Source: Candidatus Hydrogenedentota bacterium (GTDB lineage: Bacteria > Hydrogenedentota > Hydrogenedentia > Hydrogenedentales > SLHB01). Taken from it: a stretch of 64,000 nt of DNA. Made by a program: the position numbers and the translations under genes. Within the stretch, counting starts at the first letter, position 1, and each line of letters starts with the position of its first letter. The notes under the pieces are model-generated. The model did no database searches. It saw only the letters and a program-made list of their open reading frames with translations, and was not told the origin of the DNA. The stretch lies in the NCBI GenBank assembly GCA_963745075.1, contig CAVUWV010000020.1, forward strand, positions 128,001-192,000, given 5' to 3'. Below are positions 49,099-59,843 of this stretch, piece after piece.

Positions 49099-49928
49099 GG
49101 AAAGCGGCCCTCCGGGGACTCGTCGGGGTCGACTTCCACATCCTCCCGGATGGGTGGCGTCTCGTCGACCAGTTCTTCCAACCCGTCCAGGATATGATCC
49201 CCGGAATCGACTTCGAGTTCCGCGTCGTCTTCCGCCGGCGCTTCGGCATCCGAGGGCGTTTCGGCGTCAGAGGGGTCTTCCAGGTCCGAGTCGTCTGTAT
49301 TGTCGGACTCCTGCGGATCGGCGACCGGCGCATCTGCGGCCGCCAATTGTGCGGTTGCAGCCGGTTCGTGATGTTCCAAGAGGTCATCGGGCTCACCGGC
49401 CTCGAAGAAGCTGGTGGGGGTCTGTACGGCGTCTTCGGGCACGAGGCTGTCGATCAGTTTCCGATGGGTCTCCAGAATAGCCATCATTTCCACGCGGAGC
49501 CGCGAACGTTGTTGTTCGAGGATGTGAATGTCGCGGGTCAGGGCGGCGGGAACCCGGGAAACCGCGAGTTGGGCCTGGGCTTTCTTCAATCGGGCTTCCT
49601 CGACGATAACGTGGGCCTCGCGCTTGGCGGAGTCGAGCACGTCGTCGCCAAATCGTTGCGCCGAGACGAGGGCGTTGCGCAGGGTGGTCTCGACTTCTTT
49701 CAGTTCCGCCATGGCCTTTCGTTGTTCCTCGGCCTTGTCCTTCAATACGCGCACCTGAACGATCAGATTTTCCACGGCGTCGGCGACGTGTTCCAGGAAA
49801 TCGTCCACTTCGCGCCGGTCGTACCCGCCGAAGTGGCTGCGCCTAAACTGTTTCGCGAAAATGTCGCTGGGCGTCAGGGCGTGCTCGTCGCCCAGGACTT
49901 CCTCGACAATCTTGTCATCGCTATTCAT
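49095..49928 (-). CDS. DivIVA domain protein with acidic low-complexity tail
   Basis: LTPSDIFAKQFRRSHFGGYDRREVDDFL, coiled coil, LRNALVSAQ. Confidence 0.88.
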   Translation of the reverse strand: MNSDDKIVEEVLGDEHALTPSDIFAKQFRRSHFGGYDRREVDDFLEHVADAVENLIVQVRVLKDKAEEQRKAMAELKEVETTLRNALVSAQRFGDDVLDSAKREAHVIVEEARLKKAQAQLAVSRVPAALTRDIHILEQQRSRLRVEMMAILETHRKLIDSLVPEDAVQTPTSFFEAGEPDDLLEHHEPAATAQLAAADAPVADPQESDNTDDSDLEDPSDAETPSDAEAPAEDDAELEVDSGDHILDGLEELVDETPPIREDVEVDPDESPEGRFP

Positions 49929-49997
49929 GTGCATCGCTCCCTACGCCGGAATTCTCACACGCACCCGACGTTGGATCTGTAACGTCAAGGCGATCCT

Positions 49998-50807
49998 TCA
50001 CTGCCCCAGTTCACGCGAACGTTCGACGGCCGCATTCACGGCCGCTTTGACCAGATTCTCCAATCCGTCCGCGGCGAATTGTTTCAACGCGGCTTCGGTG
50101 GTGCCTCCCTTGGACGTAACCCGCTCGCGCAGTGTCGCGGCCGATTCGCCGGAATCGCGCAGCAGCAATCCGGCGCCGACAAGGGTCTGGCTCGCAAGCC
50201 GGGCCGCCTGGGATTCGGGCAGTCCTTGAGCCACGCCGGCCCGGGTGAGCAACTCCACGACATAGAAGAAATAGGCGGGCCCACTGCCGCTGAGCGCCGT
50301 CACGGCGTCGATGAGCGGTTCGGAGACCATCTCCGCAACGCCGATGGAGCTGAAAATCGTGCGGGCCGTGCTTGCATCCTCTTCCGAACAATTGGGACTC
50401 GGCGCCAGGCCCGCGGCGCCCGCACCAACCATGGCCGGCGTGTTCGGCATGACGCGGACCACACGGAAATTCGCGCCGATCCGATCCTGGATGAATTTGA
50501 TCGAGATACCGGCGGCGATGGATACGATGAGCGTGGAGGGAGCCAGAGCCGATCGAATCTCGTCAAGCGCTTCGTCCATGCTTTGGGGTTTTACGGCAAG
50601 AACCAGCGTGTCGCAGGCGCCGGCGAGTTCCTGTGCGGAACCATAGACGGTGAGCCCCATCACCTCGGCGGTCGTTTGCTTCTTTGGATCGAGGTCGAAC
50701 GCGGCGACGTGTTTGCCGGCAATCGCGCCGTTCTCCAGAAGCCCGCCAGCGATGGCCCGGCCCATGTTGCCGAACCCAAGAAATCCAAGTGTGCCCCCAA
50801 GTGCCAC
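49998..50807 (-). CDS. proC: Pyrroline-5-carboxylate reductase
   Basis: GFLGFGNMG, LAVKPQ, VSIAAG, RVMPNTP, ALSGSGPAY, VTSKGGTT. Confidence 0.95.
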   Translation of the reverse strand: MALGGTLGFLGFGNMGRAIAGGLLENGAIAGKHVAAFDLDPKKQTTAEVMGLTVYGSAQELAGACDTLVLAVKPQSMDEALDEIRSALAPSTLIVSIAAGISIKFIQDRIGANFRVVRVMPNTPAMVGAGAAGLAPSPNCSEEDASTARTIFSSIGVAEMVSEPLIDAVTALSGSGPAYFFYVVELLTRAGVAQGLPESQAARLASQTLVGAGLLLRDSGESAATLRERVTSKGGTTEAALKQFAADGLENLVKAAVNAAVERSRELGQ

Positions 50808-50838
50808 GGGTCGATCTCCTTTTCCGTCCGGACGGGCG

Positions 50839-51327
50839 CTAGCGGTCTGCGGCCCCCACCTCTCGTATCATCGCGACCGATTCGCAGTGCATGAACAGAT
50901 GGCACTGGATACAGTCCCGCTCCACTTTCTGCGGCAGTTCGTATCGGTCGATTTCCCGGAAACCCCGCCGGCCGAAGAATCCCGGGGACTTGCTCAATGC
51001 GTAGACCCGGGTCACGCCGCGGTCGCACGCGTCGTCGAGGCAGGCCTCGACCAGGTCGATGCCGACATGGTTTCCCCGCAGGTCCTCGCGAACCACAAGG
51101 GCCCAGATTTCGGCCAATTCCGGCGTGTCAAGATGCAAGGCGCAGCACCCGCCGATTCCGTCCTCGTCGGCGTAGACGAAGAATTCGTGCAGGTTGTCGT
51201 AGAGTTCGGCGTGTGTCCGGGGCAACAGCAAGCCCCGCATGACGGCACGGTCAATCAATGCCTTCATGCCCGGCACTTCCGATACATCCGGTCTGCGAAC
51301 TCTGTGTAGACTCAAGGCGTCTGTCAT
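50839..51327 (-). CDS. Short ArgA-like GNAT amino-acid N-acetyltransferase
   Basis: LLLPRT..LYDNLHEFFV..GCCALH..LAEI.ALVV..LPQKV..DC..C..C. Confidence 0.82.
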   Translation of the reverse strand: MTDALSLHRVRRPDVSEVPGMKALIDRAVMRGLLLPRTHAELYDNLHEFFVYADEDGIGGCCALHLDTPELAEIWALVVREDLRGNHVGIDLVEACLDDACDRGVTRVYALSKSPGFFGRRGFREIDRYELPQKVERDCIQCHLFMHCESVAMIREVGAADR

Positions 51328-51643
51328 GTCACCACTGCAGCCGATCGCCACGAACTGAACTCCCAGGGCCCGGGACACCCGGTTCGTCGCTGGGAATCCC
51401 GCTGAATTTCGCGGTAGTGTAGCATAAGGTGGGCTGGCTTTCGACCGGATCGCTGCGGCCGGGTCGCCGTATGGCCCGGAAATGGGGCGCGGTTCCCGTT
51501 TTCTGCGTTGACCCCGAACGCCGTGTCTGTCGATAATCGTGGCGCAACAGCGAATCGGTTGAGGTGTTTCTTGGCGCGCGGGCGGCGCGTCGTTTCGCGG
51601 AAGTTTCTCGCGCATTCAGCCACGGACGACGCTTGCCCACGGG

Positions 51644-53335
51644 ATGCATCACGAGAGCGTAGAGGAGCGAGGACCGGCCATGAGCTGGAACGCGATTGGG
51701 GTACGGCCGTCACGACGGCACTCCGCGGCACTGGAAGTTTGCGGCGTTGGCGGTTTGCTGCTTGTGGCGTTGATTCTACGATGTATCCGGTTGGATTCCA
51801 GTCTTTGGGAAGACGAAGTGCTCACCTACCGGGGCGCCAACCAGCCGCTCGTCGACGTTTTCATGCACCGTACGCAGTTCCTGTATTACGTGCTCGCCCA
51901 CTTCGCACTCAAGATTTCGGATACGGAAGCGATGCTTCGCCTGCCGAGCGTGCTCGCGGGTGTTGCGGGTGTCGCGGCAATGTACGGATTTACGCGGAAA
52001 TTGGCGGGCCGACGCGTCGCCTTTGTGGCCGCTTTCGCACTCGCCCTTTCGCCATATCACGTGGAAAAGAGTCAGGAGGCACGATTTTATGCTTTCGTCA
52101 TGTTGGCGGATATTCTCCTGGTCTGGAGCCTTTGGCGGGCGACCAAGGGCGGTCACTGGAAGGCCTTGGCTGCCTTCGCTGCCGCGGCCAACCTGGGCAT
52201 TGCATCGCAGTTTACGGTCGCACCGTATGTCGTGGTCCTGGCCATTGCCGCCGTTATTTGGATTGCGTCGATCGCGCGTGACTTGTCTCCGAAGCAGCGA
52301 ACCAAGCGTATTCTGCATTTGGCGATGGCCGCACTTCTCGGGTTATCCTGCCTCGGTGCAAGCATCAACGCCCGGGGCACCTTTCCATTCGTGATCGCTG
52401 GTGAAACGCATCAACTTGTTGGAACCGAGGAGGGAATTGCCAACGTGGGCGATGCCGGAACCTACGTATCCACGTATCGACTGCATCTCCGCCAGTACCT
52501 CGGAATACTCTACGATTACGTGCCACGGCATGGCACATGGATCGGGCTGGTGTTTCTCTTGCTCATCATAGCGGGGGCCGCGGTTCTGGTCCGACGACAA
52601 CGGCTCGTCGCGTATTTGATCGCGGTCCAGTTTATCCTCGTGCCACTCCCCCTGTTTTTCCTCGATGTAAAGCACTGGTATCACGAACGGTATTTTTCCG
52701 CTGTGTACCCAAACTATGCCTTGTTCATCGCCGTGGGCGGAATCTTTCCGATCGAGCAATGCACACGCCTCGGACTACGGGGTATTTCGTTTCGCCGGTG
52801 GGATGCGCAACGCCTGCGTATGCTTGTGAGCACGATTTTGATCGTCATTTTCATGGTGGGATACGCGCGAGTCTCGTACACCCAATTAATTCATCAATAC
52901 GAATATGGGCGGCTGAACGACTGGAAAACGGTGACCCGTTGCCTGGCGACCCAACTGGCGCCGGGGGACACCATCGGGCTCGCATTGCCTTCGGCATATG
53001 CAACCCGACAATTACCGAAGCACCAACAGGTGTTTTCGTCAACGCACGTCGCGCTGGAGTTCTATCTGCCGCGCGCTCTTTCCGCAGCAAACCCCGCAAA
53101 TGGAGCGATATCGGCCGATGCGGTTCACATCGTCGCGGCGGGGACGAAGAAACAAATCGCGCGGTTGCGCTCCGACGCCCGGAAGGGAAACGTATACATT
53201 ATTGTCGAGGATTACCGCGAGGCCGATCGTGCGCCCGACGAAGATCTCGAAAGACTCCCTACCGTTGATCTGATCCGGGCGCCGGGGCTCACCCTGCGAA
53301 AACTGGTTTCACCCGATGAGCCAATCGGGCAATAG
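51644..53335 (+). CDS. GT-C (GT39/ArnT/PMT-like) membrane glycosyltransferase
   Basis: SLWEDE, LYY, EAMLRLPS, LSPYHVEKSQEARFYA; many TM segments; start uncertain. Confidence 0.8.
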   Translation: MHHESVEERGPAMSWNAIGVRPSRRHSAALEVCGVGGLLLVALILRCIRLDSSLWEDEVLTYRGANQPLVDVFMHRTQFLYYVLAHFALKISDTEAMLRLPSVLAGVAGVAAMYGFTRKLAGRRVAFVAAFALALSPYHVEKSQEARFYAFVMLADILLVWSLWRATKGGHWKALAAFAAAANLGIASQFTVAPYVVVLAIAAVIWIASIARDLSPKQRTKRILHLAMAALLGLSCLGASINARGTFPFVIAGETHQLVGTEEGIANVGDAGTYVSTYRLHLRQYLGILYDYVPRHGTWIGLVFLLLIIAGAAVLVRRQRLVAYLIAVQFILVPLPLFFLDVKHWYHERYFSAVYPNYALFIAVGGIFPIEQCTRLGLRGISFRRWDAQRLRMLVSTILIVIFMVGYARVSYTQLIHQYEYGRLNDWKTVTRCLATQLAPGDTIGLALPSAYATRQLPKHQQVFSSTHVALEFYLPRALSAANPANGAISADAVHIVAAGTKKQIARLRSDARKGNVYIIVEDYREADRAPDEDLERLPTVDLIRAPGLTLRKLVSPDEPIGQ

Positions 53336-53391
53336 CAGGGGTCCCACGTTGGTGGATGCACCTGCATCGCGCAGTTTGGTAGTCTGGGTGC

Positions 53392-55500
53392 ATGCGATGC
53401 CTGGAGCCCATTCCGGTTTCTTCGAAGTTCACTGGGGTTCGACGCCTACCGGCGGCCCGTGTGGTTGTCTGCGCAGCACTGTATGCACTATTCGCGGGAT
53501 TGACCGCCTCAGGGGAACGCGCGGAACACGTGACCCCGCGACCTCACATGTTCGTGACCGGCCAGCCGGTGAAGGGACTGCGCTCCCTGGACGATGTACG
53601 GAAGGCCATTCGGACTGGACACGCCGCCGCGCTGTGGAATGAACTCCTCGATAAGGTGAAGCGCGAAGCTCAGGAAGAGGCTTGGACGCCCGCTACTGCC
53701 CTTCCCGGACGCGGCGAAGCGCAAATCAAACACGCTAACCGCGATTTCTCCATCGTTGCCATGACGGCAAACCGTATTCTTGACGCGTCGCTGGCAGCAC
53801 TGATAACCGATAAGCGGACGTATGCCGATGCCGCGCTCACGCAGTTGGACGCGTTGTTCGACCCCGAGCAATGGCCGGATTGGGAAGATAAGGCCCATGT
53901 CGAGGCCGGTCTCATTACCGATCTTCGCCACGGCCAGCTTGCTTTTGCCGTCTCCGTGTCCTACGACTGGCTGTACGATCTCCTCCGGCCGGAGGAACGC
54001 AAACGCATCATCGACGGCCTGGATCGGTGTGCGATTCAACGGTACAAGGCAGGAATTGACGCGAAGGAGAGTTGGACGCGAAACCGCACGAACTGGATGA
54101 CGGTCGTTGTGGGCGGATTTGGCATCGCAGGAATGGCCTTGGGCGAAGACCATCCGGACAGCGAATTTCTCGTGGATTTTGCGCGTCCCCGGATGGAAAG
54201 CTACCTGGAGGTGGCGGGCCCCGACGGCGAGTTCAACGAAAGTGTCCAATACGCGGGGTCGATGCTCTTTTTGGTGCGCTACTTCACCGCGGTTCGGTAC
54301 GCGTCAGGAGGTCTGGACAACCCGTTCGATCGGCACTCGCTCGCGGAATTCTGCCGCTGGTACCTGTATATGACCTTTCCCCCGGGGAGGGTTGCGGGGT
54401 TTGGGGATCCGGCTCCCGATATGCCGCCGGTGGTTAATTATATCAGCGCGGTTGCGGCTGCGACGCGGGATCCGCTTCTCCAATGGTTCTATCTCCAGTA
54501 CTGCGACATGATGCTGGAAACCCACCGCAATCTGGCCATGGAGTTGCTCTATTACGACGCGACGTTGGACGCAAAATCTCCCGAAGGACGCCTGCCACTG
54601 GGAAGAGCCTACCATCATCAGGGCAAACTTATCAGTAGCCGCAGCAGTTGGGATCCGGTCTCGACCCCATCGGTCGTCTACGCGAAAGCCAGCCGGGAAA
54701 GCACGCACAGTCACGCGGATTGGGGACAGGTCTGCATCGACGGTTTCGGCGAACGTCTCCTCATCGACCTCGGATCGCCGCCGGGCTACCCGAAAAGCCA
54801 CAAGGAGCGGTATTACAACTATCAACAGTGGGGACACAATGTATTTGTGTTCGGCAAAAACGATACGGGGGGGATTCCCTGGGCCGAGCAAAAGCGGGAA
54901 GGACGCATCGCGTGGGCCGAGTTCGACGATACTCGGGGCGCCGCGTGGACGATGGACCTGACGGCGATCTATGATGGCGTTAAAACGGTGACACGGACGG
55001 TCGTGCACCTGCTTCCGCGCGTCGCGGTCGTACTCGATTCCGCGGCGTTGCAGGAATCGCAACCCATCAGCATGCGGTGGCATCTCGCTGCGCCAGCGAA
55101 TCCCGGCGCCGACGGCGGGTTCCATACGGCGTCCGGCCGCGCGAAACTGGCCGGGTTAACCGCGCGGATCGACGGAGACGCTACGGTCCGATCCGGGCGG
55201 CACGCCTACGAAGCCCCGTACAACCGGGATCGTCTAGGAGAAATTTATCCGCAACGGCACGAACCATACATCGAAGTGGCAGCCGAGGACGATGCGTGTC
55301 GCGTCCTGTCGTTGTTTTGTGTGTACGGCCCCGACGACATCGAAGATTCCTGGAAGACGTCTCCAAAAGGTTGGTCGATTGAAACGCCGGAAGGACTGGT
55401 TCGAGTCCAACTGGAGGAAAACAAACTTACCGTCGAGTGTGCGGAAACGGGGAAAAGCTGGTCCGTCGTCGCCGGACCGACGGGGAAAGGCAGCTCATGA
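53392..55500 (+). CDS. Heparinase II/III-like polysaccharide lyase family protein
   Basis: YDWLY, TNW, DGEFNESVQY, GFGD, HSHADWG, LLIDLG, GHN; start uncertain. Confidence 0.75.
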   Translation: MRCLEPIPVSSKFTGVRRLPAARVVVCAALYALFAGLTASGERAEHVTPRPHMFVTGQPVKGLRSLDDVRKAIRTGHAAALWNELLDKVKREAQEEAWTPATALPGRGEAQIKHANRDFSIVAMTANRILDASLAALITDKRTYADAALTQLDALFDPEQWPDWEDKAHVEAGLITDLRHGQLAFAVSVSYDWLYDLLRPEERKRIIDGLDRCAIQRYKAGIDAKESWTRNRTNWMTVVVGGFGIAGMALGEDHPDSEFLVDFARPRMESYLEVAGPDGEFNESVQYAGSMLFLVRYFTAVRYASGGLDNPFDRHSLAEFCRWYLYMTFPPGRVAGFGDPAPDMPPVVNYISAVAAATRDPLLQWFYLQYCDMMLETHRNLAMELLYYDATLDAKSPEGRLPLGRAYHHQGKLISSRSSWDPVSTPSVVYAKASRESTHSHADWGQVCIDGFGERLLIDLGSPPGYPKSHKERYYNYQQWGHNVFVFGKNDTGGIPWAEQKREGRIAWAEFDDTRGAAWTMDLTAIYDGVKTVTRTVVHLLPRVAVVLDSAALQESQPISMRWHLAAPANPGADGGFHTASGRAKLAGLTARIDGDATVRSGRHAYEAPYNRDRLGEIYPQRHEPYIEVAAEDDACRVLSLFCVYGPDDIEDSWKTSPKGWSIETPEGLVRVQLEENKLTVECAETGKSWSVVAGPTGKGSS

Positions 55501-56486
55501 GAGCGAGGGTGGTCGTCGCGGTAGTCGTAATCATGCTTGCACCGTTGTCCTGTGCCAAGGCCAATCGTATCGCCGTCGCGCGTCTTTCGGAAACCGAGCA
55601 CGAGAGCGAGCCGGTCTTCGTTTACGAGAAGGCGCACGGTTCGTTTTACGTGGAGAACATTGGTCCGGATGCATTTCGAATCGCCAGCGTCAAGACCACG
55701 TGTGCGTGCACGACGGCGGTACAAACCAAGGGCACGATCGCGCCGGGCGACCGGGCGGAAATCGAATATGACATCAGCTCCGCGGCTCCGCGGGAGAAAT
55801 CCGTAACGATCGTCGTGCAAACCAACCCGCCGCTTCCGGAGCCGTTGCGATTCAAGGCCTCCGGGATCTTCAAACCCGTTCTGGTAGGCGAGCCGGACGG
55901 GTTGTCCATCGAGGCGCGATTCGGAGAACCGTTCGAGCAATCGATTGCACTGCATCCCGCACCGGGCGTTGGATCGATTCGGGTAACGAAGGTGTCGACC
56001 CGCCAGACGTGGGCCGAGGTAACGCTTGAGAACACCCCAAATAGTGCAGATCCGGTCGTCCACGTGCAGTCGAAGGATTCGCTGCAACCCGGCACCCACC
56101 AACTCGGCATCGCGGTCGAGTTCGAGCGCGAATCTCCCGGCCGGCAGGACATCACGGCGGAGGTCCACGTGGATTCGGATTACTCCGTCGAGCCCCGGCA
56201 ACTAATCGTCAACATCCCGGAAGACGGCAGCGATCCCACGACGGAAATCACGATTCGCAATAAGAAAAAGATACCGTTCATTCCGCGGTCGGTGCGGGCG
56301 GAGAAATTCCAAATCGAACCTCCGGAATTGCCGACCGAGCCGAGTGCCTTCCAAAGGATTCCCATCACGTTCAAACTTCAGGACGGCACGATCGCCCGTC
56401 GCGGCCGGCTTTTGCTCGACCTGGGCGACAAAAGGGGTCTCTATACCATCGACGTATTCTTTTCGGAACCGAGAAAGAAGTCCTGA
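55497..56486 (+). CDS. DUF1573 domain secreted protein
   Basis: Signal or lipoprotein-like N-terminus; FYVENIG..I.SVKTTCACT..IAPGD. Confidence 0.75.
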   Translation: MRARVVVAVVVIMLAPLSCAKANRIAVARLSETEHESEPVFVYEKAHGSFYVENIGPDAFRIASVKTTCACTTAVQTKGTIAPGDRAEIEYDISSAAPREKSVTIVVQTNPPLPEPLRFKASGIFKPVLVGEPDGLSIEARFGEPFEQSIALHPAPGVGSIRVTKVSTRQTWAEVTLENTPNSADPVVHVQSKDSLQPGTHQLGIAVEFERESPGRQDITAEVHVDSDYSVEPRQLIVNIPEDGSDPTTEITIRNKKKIPFIPRSVRAEKFQIEPPELPTEPSAFQRIPITFKLQDGTIARRGRLLLDLGDKRGLYTIDVFFSEPRKKS

Positions 56487-56614
56487 TTGGGGACAGGAAA
56501 CACGGGGCATTTTGGGCATCCCAGCCGCGCTTTGGTATCATAGCGTGCTTCGGAACCGGGTGCGTCCCATCGATGGCACCGGGTAACTATCGGCGGAAAG
56601 GAGTTACGGGGAAA

Positions 56615-58285
56615 ATGGCACGAAAATACGCCATCGGGCTGGATTATGGAACAGAATCGGGCCGCGCACTGCTCGTCGCGGTCGACAACGGCGAGGAAAT
56701 CGCGACCGCCGTGGAACCGTATCCGGATGGCGTGATCGATGACAAGCTTCCGGGCACGGGCGAATCGCTCCCGCCCGATTGGGCGCTGCAGAATCCCCGG
56801 GACTACCTCCACGTGCTCGAGAAGGTTGTTCCGCAGGTGCTTAAGGATTCGGGGGTCAGCGGAGACGATGTTATCGGTATCGGGACGGATTTCACCGCGT
56901 GCACGATGCTTCCCATCGACGCGACAGGCACGCCGCTGTGCATGAAACCCGAGTTCGCCAAGAATCCCCATGCCTGGGTCAAGCTCTGGAAACATCACGG
57001 CGCCCAACCGGAAGCCGACAAAATCAACGAACTCGCCGAAAAACGCGGGGAAGATTTTCTCGCGCGGTACGGCGGGAAGATTTCCAGCGAATGGTTCTTC
57101 CCGAAGGCGCTTCAGATTCTCGATGAGGCGCCGGAGATTTACGATGCCGCGGACAAATTGATCGAAGCCGGCGACTGGCTGGTGCTGCAACTTTGCGGGG
57201 AAGAGAAACGCAATGCGTGCGCAGCCGGGTACAAGGCCATCTGGGATGACGGATACCTGAGCCCGGACTTTTTCAAAGCGCTTGACCCGCGGTTTGAGAA
57301 TATCGTGCGGGACAAGATGAGTGAAGACGTTTATCCCGCGGGCGTGAAGGCCGGTGGTCTTCTCCCTGAAATGGCGAAGAAGCTCGGGCTGAAGGCGGGA
57401 ACGGCCGTTGCAACGGGCGGTATCGACGCCCACGTCGCTGTCCCCGCGACCGCGGCCACGGAGGCCGGTAAGATGGTCATGATCATGGGGACGAGCCTGT
57501 GCCACATGGTCTGCGGTACCGAGAAGAAAGTCGTGGAAGGCATGTGCGGCGTCGTGAAAGACGGTATCCTGCCGGGGTTCTACGGCTTCGAAGCGGGCCA
57601 GTCCGCCGTGGGCGACATCTTCGCGTGGTTCGTCAATACTTGCGTGCCGGCCAGTGTTGCCGAAGCAGCGGCCAAGGCGGGAATGGATATCCACGGATAC
57701 CTTGCGAAAGAGGCCGAGGGACTGAAACCGGGCGAATCGGGCGTGCTGTGCCTGGACTGGTGGAACGGGAACCGTTCGATTCTGGTGGACGCCGACCTTT
57801 CGGGCTTGATGATCGGCATGACCCTGACGACGACCCCGGCCGAAATGTACCGCGCGGTGCTCGAGAGTACGGCTTTTGGTACGTACACGATCATCCGGCA
57901 GTTGGAAGAGGGCGGAGTACCCATTTCCGAGTTGTACGCCTGCGGAGGACTACCCGGGAAAAATCCGTTCCTCATGCAGATCTTCGCGGACGTCACGAAT
58001 CGGGAGATCAAGATCAGCGCCAGCGACCAGACGGTTGCGCTGGGCTCGGCCATGTGGGGCGCGGTGGCAGCCGGATCGGGGGCGGGCGGTTTTGACGACG
58101 TTACCCAGGCCGCGAAGAAAATGGCGCGCCTGCGCGACACGGTCTACAAGCCGGACGCGAAGGCCCACGCGGCCTACGAGAAGTTGTATGCGATCTACCG
58201 CCGTCTTCACGATTTGTTTGGGTGCGGCACGGATATGGCGATGAAGGAACTCAAGTCCATCAAAGCGGAAACGCGCCAAGGGTAG
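56615..58285 (+). CDS. araB: L-ribulokinase (FGGY family)
   Basis: IGLDYGTESGRA, DWALQNP.DY, GTDFTACT, KLWKHH, YGGKISSEW, IDAH, FEAGQSAVGD, LDWWNGNRS. Confidence 0.93.
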   Translation: MARKYAIGLDYGTESGRALLVAVDNGEEIATAVEPYPDGVIDDKLPGTGESLPPDWALQNPRDYLHVLEKVVPQVLKDSGVSGDDVIGIGTDFTACTMLPIDATGTPLCMKPEFAKNPHAWVKLWKHHGAQPEADKINELAEKRGEDFLARYGGKISSEWFFPKALQILDEAPEIYDAADKLIEAGDWLVLQLCGEEKRNACAAGYKAIWDDGYLSPDFFKALDPRFENIVRDKMSEDVYPAGVKAGGLLPEMAKKLGLKAGTAVATGGIDAHVAVPATAATEAGKMVMIMGTSLCHMVCGTEKKVVEGMCGVVKDGILPGFYGFEAGQSAVGDIFAWFVNTCVPASVAEAAAKAGMDIHGYLAKEAEGLKPGESGVLCLDWWNGNRSILVDADLSGLMIGMTLTTTPAEMYRAVLESTAFGTYTIIRQLEEGGVPISELYACGGLPGKNPFLMQIFADVTNREIKISASDQTVALGSAMWGAVAAGSGAGGFDDVTQAAKKMARLRDTVYKPDAKAHAAYEKLYAIYRRLHDLFGCGTDMAMKELKSIKAETRQG

Positions 58286-58321
58286 GGCCGGGCCGCGCCG
58301 AAACTCGGCAGGGAGCCAACA

Positions 58322-58723
58322 ATGATTATTGAATGGAACGACGAACGGTTCGCAACCGGGATTGTAGAAATCGACGAGCAGCACAAAGAGCTGTTTCGTC
58401 AGATAAACCGGTTGACGGATTCGCTGGAGCGCAATCCCGACGGCAAGGCGGAGGCGGGCAATTTCCTGTACTTTCTCGAAGACTACGTGAAAACCCACTT
58501 CGGATGTGAAGAGGACATCATGGAGAAGCGCCGGTGTGCTGCATGCCCGCGAAACAAGAAGGAGCATAGCGGATTCCTGCGCACGTTTCACGAAATCCGT
58601 CTCACGTTCGATCGAGAAGGCATCAGCCCTTCGTTTGTGGAGCGCATCCACCGGGAAGTGGTGGACTGGATTCAGGGTCACATCGCCAACACGGATACCG
58701 AACTCAGGTCGGTCGCCACGTAA
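58322..58723 (+). CDS. Bacteriohemerythrin-like protein (variant)
   Basis: EWNDERFATGIVEIDEQHKELF..HFGCEE..KEH..HIANTD. Confidence 0.85.
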   Translation: MIIEWNDERFATGIVEIDEQHKELFRQINRLTDSLERNPDGKAEAGNFLYFLEDYVKTHFGCEEDIMEKRRCAACPRNKKEHSGFLRTFHEIRLTFDREGISPSFVERIHREVVDWIQGHIANTDTELRSVAT

Positions 58724-58783
58724 CCGATATCACCACGGCCCGCATCGCGGGTCGTTCTTTCAAATCAACTCAGGGATTTGTCC

Positions 58784-59843
58784 ATGCGTAAAGAGTCACT
58801 CAATTTCCTCAAACAATTACTATCCACGCCAAGTCCGTCCGGGTTTGAAGAGAGAGATCCAACAAGTCTGCAAGTCGTATGCGAAACCGTACGTGGATAA
58901 GATCTATAAGGACGTTCACGGCAACCAGTACCACGTGAAGAACCCCGGCGCGGACTTGCGCGTTATGCTCGCGGGGCACGTCGACGAAATCGCCCTGATG
59001 GTCAATCATATTGACGACAATGGTTTCTTGGGATTTCAGGCCATCGGCGGTATTGACGCGTCGGTGCTTGATGGACAGCGGGTGCAGGTCCACCACGAGA
59101 AAGGGTCGGTCCCCGGCGTCATCGGGCGCCGCGCGATTCATCTGACGGATCCGGAGGAACGCGGCAAGCCCTTGCCGATTCATCAGTTATGGATCGATAT
59201 TGGCGCGCGCGACAAGAAAGAAGCGGAACGGGTCGTCGCCATCGGCGATCCTGCCACGATCGACGTGGGATTTGTAGAGCTCCGGAACGAGCGCGTCGTC
59301 GCGCGGGCCCTGGACGACCGCATCGGCGCATTTGTCATCCTCGAAGCCATGCGGCTGCTGCACAAGCGCAAGATCAATTGCGCGGTTTACTGCGTGACCA
59401 CCGTCCAGGAAGAGATCGGCCTGCGGGGTGCAACAACCAGCGCCTACGGCTGCAATCCGCACGCAGGTATCGCGGTGGATGTAGCCCACGCGACCGACCA
59501 CCCGAACTGCGACAGCAAACGTTTCGGTTCGTTTTCCTTGGGTGGTGGTCCCATCCTCAACCGGGGACCCAATATCAATCCGATCGTGGCCAAAGGGCTG
59601 ATCGATACGGCAAAGAAGAAGAAGATCCCCTACCAGATGGAAGCGGCCCCACGCGGCACGGGCACGGACGCAAACGCCATGCAGCTCAGCCGCGGCGGGG
59701 TGGCCACCGGTCTGATCGGGATCCCGAATCGGTACATGCATTCGCCCGTCGAGATGGTGTCGCTGAAAGACGTCGAGCACTGCTCGCAACTGTTGGCGGA
59801 ATGGATCGGCACCCTGAAGCCCAAGCACAATTTCATCCCATGA
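58784..59843 (+). CDS. M42 family metallo-aminopeptidase (apparent frameshift near 58849)
   Basis: MRKESLNFLKQLLSTPSPSGFE, then a shifted frame with GHVDEI, ALDDRIG, QEEIGLRGA, AVDV, GTDA, RYMHSPVE. Confidence 0.88.

Noticed and set aside
49095..49400. Repeat element in the DivIVA tail (PSDAE-like repeats)
   Set aside because: Ordinary acidic low-complexity coding sequence
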